Source of the DNA: Nemertoderma westbladi | Taxonomy: Eukaryota > Animalia > Xenacoelomorpha | Direction: 5' to 3' | Length of the DNA stretch: 64,000 bases | NCBI GenBank assembly: GCA_032718475.1 | Contig: JAUCBJ010007242.1 | Span: 62,001-126,000 of the forward strand | Part shown: positions 60,152 to 64,000 of the stretch, in pieces | Numbering within the stretch: the first letter of the stretch is position 1 | Layout of the letters: each line of letters begins with the position of its first letter | Program-made: the position numbers and the translations under genes | Notes under the pieces: generated by a model | What the model was told of the DNA's origin: nothing | The model's database searches: none | The model's input: the letters and a program-made list of their open reading frames with translations, nothing else

Positions 60152-61659
60152 AGTTAATTGTTTCGGAATATATTGATATGTAAAATAAAAGTTTAATGTA
60201 ATTAATTCCAGTTACATTCAACAATTAACGCGGAAAGATAAATTTATATGAGAATTCTCGATAATAAAGAACGATGGCTAGTAATGATAGAATAGGGTGG
60301 ATTGTTTTATTTATTTTGTAACTAGGCAACCAACGCAATGATTTAGGATGTGTTGAATGATACATCAATTAATTCCCTTTCATTGTACACAATATTGAAT
60401 ATAGGGAGGGGCCTACGCAAGTACAGTATATAGTAAGTTGGCAATACTTTATCTCCCCCAGAAGGTGAAAATTATCCCACCTTACATAACTTGTAGTGGA
60501 TTCCGCCGGGCATTGTAAGTAATGGGATAAAACATTTGGGTTGAAAAAAGTGAACCTTTGTAATATCGTGTTATATTTCAAATAGCGATGGATTTTGCTG
60601 ATATTGTAACAGTTATTATACTAATTTCACAATCGCATCAACTGTAATCCCAACCACCAAATACAGCTCATATTCATATTCATAAACTCGGTCTACTTAT
60701 TAGCACCACAGTAAGACAAGGAACGATTTCAGAGTTCAAGTGCAATTTTAGTGATTTTTCGTGGCCTAGATTTGTATTTTCTCAAAATTTCACTGAGTAT
60801 TATTAAACAGTATATAAAAGGTGTGTAGGGGCCTAATATTAACTCTTTACCGGTAACTTTTTATAAAAAGGAAATAACATTTTTAATGATATTTTCTGGT
60901 TACTATGCGCCCGAGTATACCTCAAAATCGAGAGAAAAAGGAGAAAGATGGAATAATTTTTCCATATTGAAATAATGAACCGATACTGTAGGATTGCTTT
61001 TTTTATTTTTTTTTTCCCGGCAAAAAAGGCAAAATAAGAAAATGTGTAAATATTTTTGGTGGAAATTTCTTTTAAGATGATAGAGCATCGAAGTTGAAAA
61101 GGTTTGCACGTAATTTTAGAATATCATGCACGCACTCAAAGGTTATTTCAAATTTAGTGTCTGCAAGGTGTACTTACACCACAAGGGAACTTAATTAATA
61201 TCCAATATATACCGGTACCGACTAGTTTATGTATACTGTAGTTGTTAATCTGCTTTCTACTTGCGACTTATTCCAGAACATTAAATTATCTCGAAATCTA
61301 GACATTTAGGCCTATTATTAGGCCTACCTATTACTGCTGATTTTTTTAATAATTAGTATGGAATTAATTTCGCACTACCAAATCGCCAGGGTGACATATT
61401 TTCCAGCTTTATATCGCAGTACGACATTATTTCTCAGTATGTCCCTACGCCATACATTTACTATGTATTTCCAGTATATCCAGTATGTCACGGCGGCCTC
61501 ATTGTTAGATTGTTCTAGAAAGTTTAAATGTGTAACTACAAATAATTACACACAAATAAATTAAATTATATGCGCTATTGTTCATAATTAGCACTTTAAA
61601 GTCTTTGTTACATAATGTCAACCATGGATTTCTAAATATTAATTTATACCATTAAATAT

Positions 61660-61749
61660 ATAAATAACATTCTAATAAATAGGTATAAATAACATTCTAA
61701 TAAATAGGTATAAATAACATTCTAATTAATAGGTATAAATAACATTCTA
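61660..61749. repeat. 25-bp tandem repeat (about 3.6 copies)
   Basis: ATAAATAACATTCTAATAAATAGGT units. Confidence 0.85.
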
Positions 61750-62055
61750 GAAATCCATGTGTCAACTTATCAGCGTTCTGGTGAATTACTCGTAACGCTG
61801 AAAGGTCCCACCATGCAGCGTTTGTGAATGGGCTGCACTTAATTATCTGCAGGTACATACAATTAGTATAATTAATTATTGTGTTAGACATACAGTACGT
61901 TATGTTTCCTTTGTCTATATCATTCAAATCTATATAAATGTATCTATTATACTGTACTATCTTGGTATTGTTGTTGAAAAAAAAATGCAGCGTTGTTACG
62001 GCCTGGAACACTGCAAAGTAATCAATAACCTGGAAACAACTTCAATTACCGTATT

Positions 62056-62950
62056 CTAGAATGTGGGGCGAGCCACGAAGTTGGCGGAGCCTTAGCGAAT
62101 TGACACTGTTAGGGGGTGGGTCAATTTATGCAAATAGTTGTCGTCGTCGTCGTCGTCGTTGTCGTCGTCGTCGTCGTCGTCGTTGTCGTCGTCGTCGTCG
62201 TCGTCGTCGTTACGATTTTGACATGCTAATAACTTTGTCGGATTTAAAGCTGCCAAGTTGAAAATTTGTAGGTATCAATATGAGCAAAAGTTGAGATTTT
62301 TGAGAGACTTTCAGACACCATCAGTGCAATGGTCTCCCGCTAGAGGGCCACATGTCTAAACATTAAATGCCCTCCCATTTCTTTGCTTTTAATCCGTTTA
62401 AGCTGAAACTTGGCAGATATGTATTAGACCATTAGCTGTGACTTTCAAAGGAGGCGAATCCATCTGCAGTTCTCCAGTCTGCCGCTAGAGGGCCAAATGT
62501 CTGAAAGTGAAATCGTTGTCGTCGTTATGATATTGACATGCTTATAACTTTGTCGAATTTAAAGCTGCCAAATTGAAAATTTGTTTTGTTGAAAATCAGT
62601 TCAACAGTCACCCGCTATAGGACTACTTTATGCCTGAAAGTGAATAGATTCTCCCGTCTCATTGATTTTAATCAGTTTAAGCTGAATCTTGCCATATATT
62701 CTGGACCACATGCTGCGTCTTTGTGGGGGGGGGGGGGGGGGGGGGAGATTTAATCGGTCTGCCGCTATACGACGAAATTTCTGAAAGTGAGATCCGTCTC
62801 TCATTTCGTTATCCGTTATTCAAGATGAAACTTGGCCGATGTACGTATGTACTATTCATCCATAGGCTGTGTCTTTGTGGGGCTGGAGACCCTAATCCAT
62901 CTTCAGTTCTCACTATACCGCTAGAGTCAGAAATGTCTGAATAGTAATAC
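62056..62950 (-). mobile_element. Helitron-like non-autonomous element with a (GTC)n microsatellite and internal repeats
   Basis: The minus-strand end GCTAAGGCTCCGCCAACTTCGTGGCTCGCCCCACATTCTAG is a GC-rich subterminal motif plus CTAG. It contains (GTC)n at 62139-62210 and repeated CCGCTAGAGGGC...GTCTGAAAGTG blocks. The base after CTAG is A rather than the canonical T. Confidence 0.5.
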
Positions 62951-63708
62951 CGTCCCAACTTCAGAAAAAACAGAATAAAATTGGATTAGTTAGTAATAAA
63001 TACTATTACTATTTAATAAAGGTTCTATACCTATAATGATAACGCACAATATCTCTCCTAAATACACAACAAAACAATCCATCTAAACACTATTCCCCTA
63101 CCAATTAACAGATTACCAATACATCTCACTATACCTCATCAAAAATCAATGTCACACCACCACTGCCTTTTCATTACATTTATAATGATATCAACAACCC
63201 AAAGATACCCCATTTGCTATCATCTTATTGATAAAGCGCGATTTTATACCTCTGTTATAAGATAGAATTATGGAGATAAATTTATACCCCTGTTATATTG
63301 AATATTCACCAAGAACAAACCAACAACATCTATGGGAAATTTTTTAAAACGAATAAACATGTCAACTGTTGATTTATGACTCCAGCCTAATGGACCATAA
63401 TAAACAAACACCAGTGACTCTCGAATTACAGACCTTCCAACCACCACGCAATGCTCCCATTCCTACAATATTAATGAAACACTCATAACCGACCTTAGGA
63501 TTAGCCGGGCAACATTATTAGTCCTTCAGAATATGAGTCATCAATATCAAATACTGTCAACCCCTACAGGCAACAGACCAACTATCCCACTGACTTATAC
63601 AAAATAAACCAATAATGACGAGAGCAATATATGAGATAGAGGTTACACATTTAACCTGATAACAACCATTACGATCAGAGAAAACATGCCTCATATTAAA
63701 ACAAAACA

Positions 63709-63970
63709 CCCCCCCCCCCCCCCCCCCCCCCTATACTACTAACTGTTAATAACCCCCACCCCTCACCCTCTATCACTATGTCTACTACTAACCATTTAAT
63801 ACCCCCCTCCCCATCCTCTATCGCACTACGTCTACTACTACAGTACTAACCGCGTTAAACAACCCCCCCCCCCCCCCATCTATCACTACATCTACGTATA
63901 CTTCTACTACTAACCATTAAACACCACCCCCCCTCACCCCACCACTAGGTCTACTACTAACCACTAACGG
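63709..63970. repeat. Degenerate tandem repeat, about 50-70-bp unit (poly-C plus TCTACTACTAACC)
   Basis: Directly visible, 4-5 units. Confidence 0.7.
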
Positions 63971-64000
63971 GTAGTTGTGCGTGGTAGAACCGCCGTGACT

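Noticed and set aside
62061-62261. Poly-Arg protamine-like ORF
   Set aside because: It is the translation of a (GTC)n microsatellite inside a Helitron-like repeat.

Overview
AT-rich, transposon-saturated nuclear DNA from an invertebrate animal; the species cannot be identified from the sequence. I found no prokaryotic features, CRISPR arrays, rRNA or intact tRNA genes. The host genes all have single-exon coding regions: an orphan protein of at least 675 aa with basic 8-aa repeats (runs off the left edge, absent from the ORF track), an RTP-like zf-3CxxC gene, two tandem MFSD13A/TMEM180 transporters with a gene-conversion-like identity profile, a CYP2-clan P450 pseudogene and a tektin-4. Mobile DNA includes a full-length Ty3/Gypsy element (333-bp near-identical LTRs, GCTAC TSD, PBS, PPT, broken pol), a decayed Mutator/SWIM transposase, and RTE, CR1-group, RTEX-like and CRE-like LINE remnants. 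There is also an inverted Penelope-like insertion with hammerhead-like cores, Helitron-like repeats and several nested MITEs with readable TSDs. The most unusual items are a GC-rich island encoding an unassigned triple-CCHC protein, tandem amplification of an RTE 3' tail inside the Penelope palindrome, and TA-flanked micro-insertions that resemble transposon excision footprints. All family assignments come from motif recognition by eye, not database searches.
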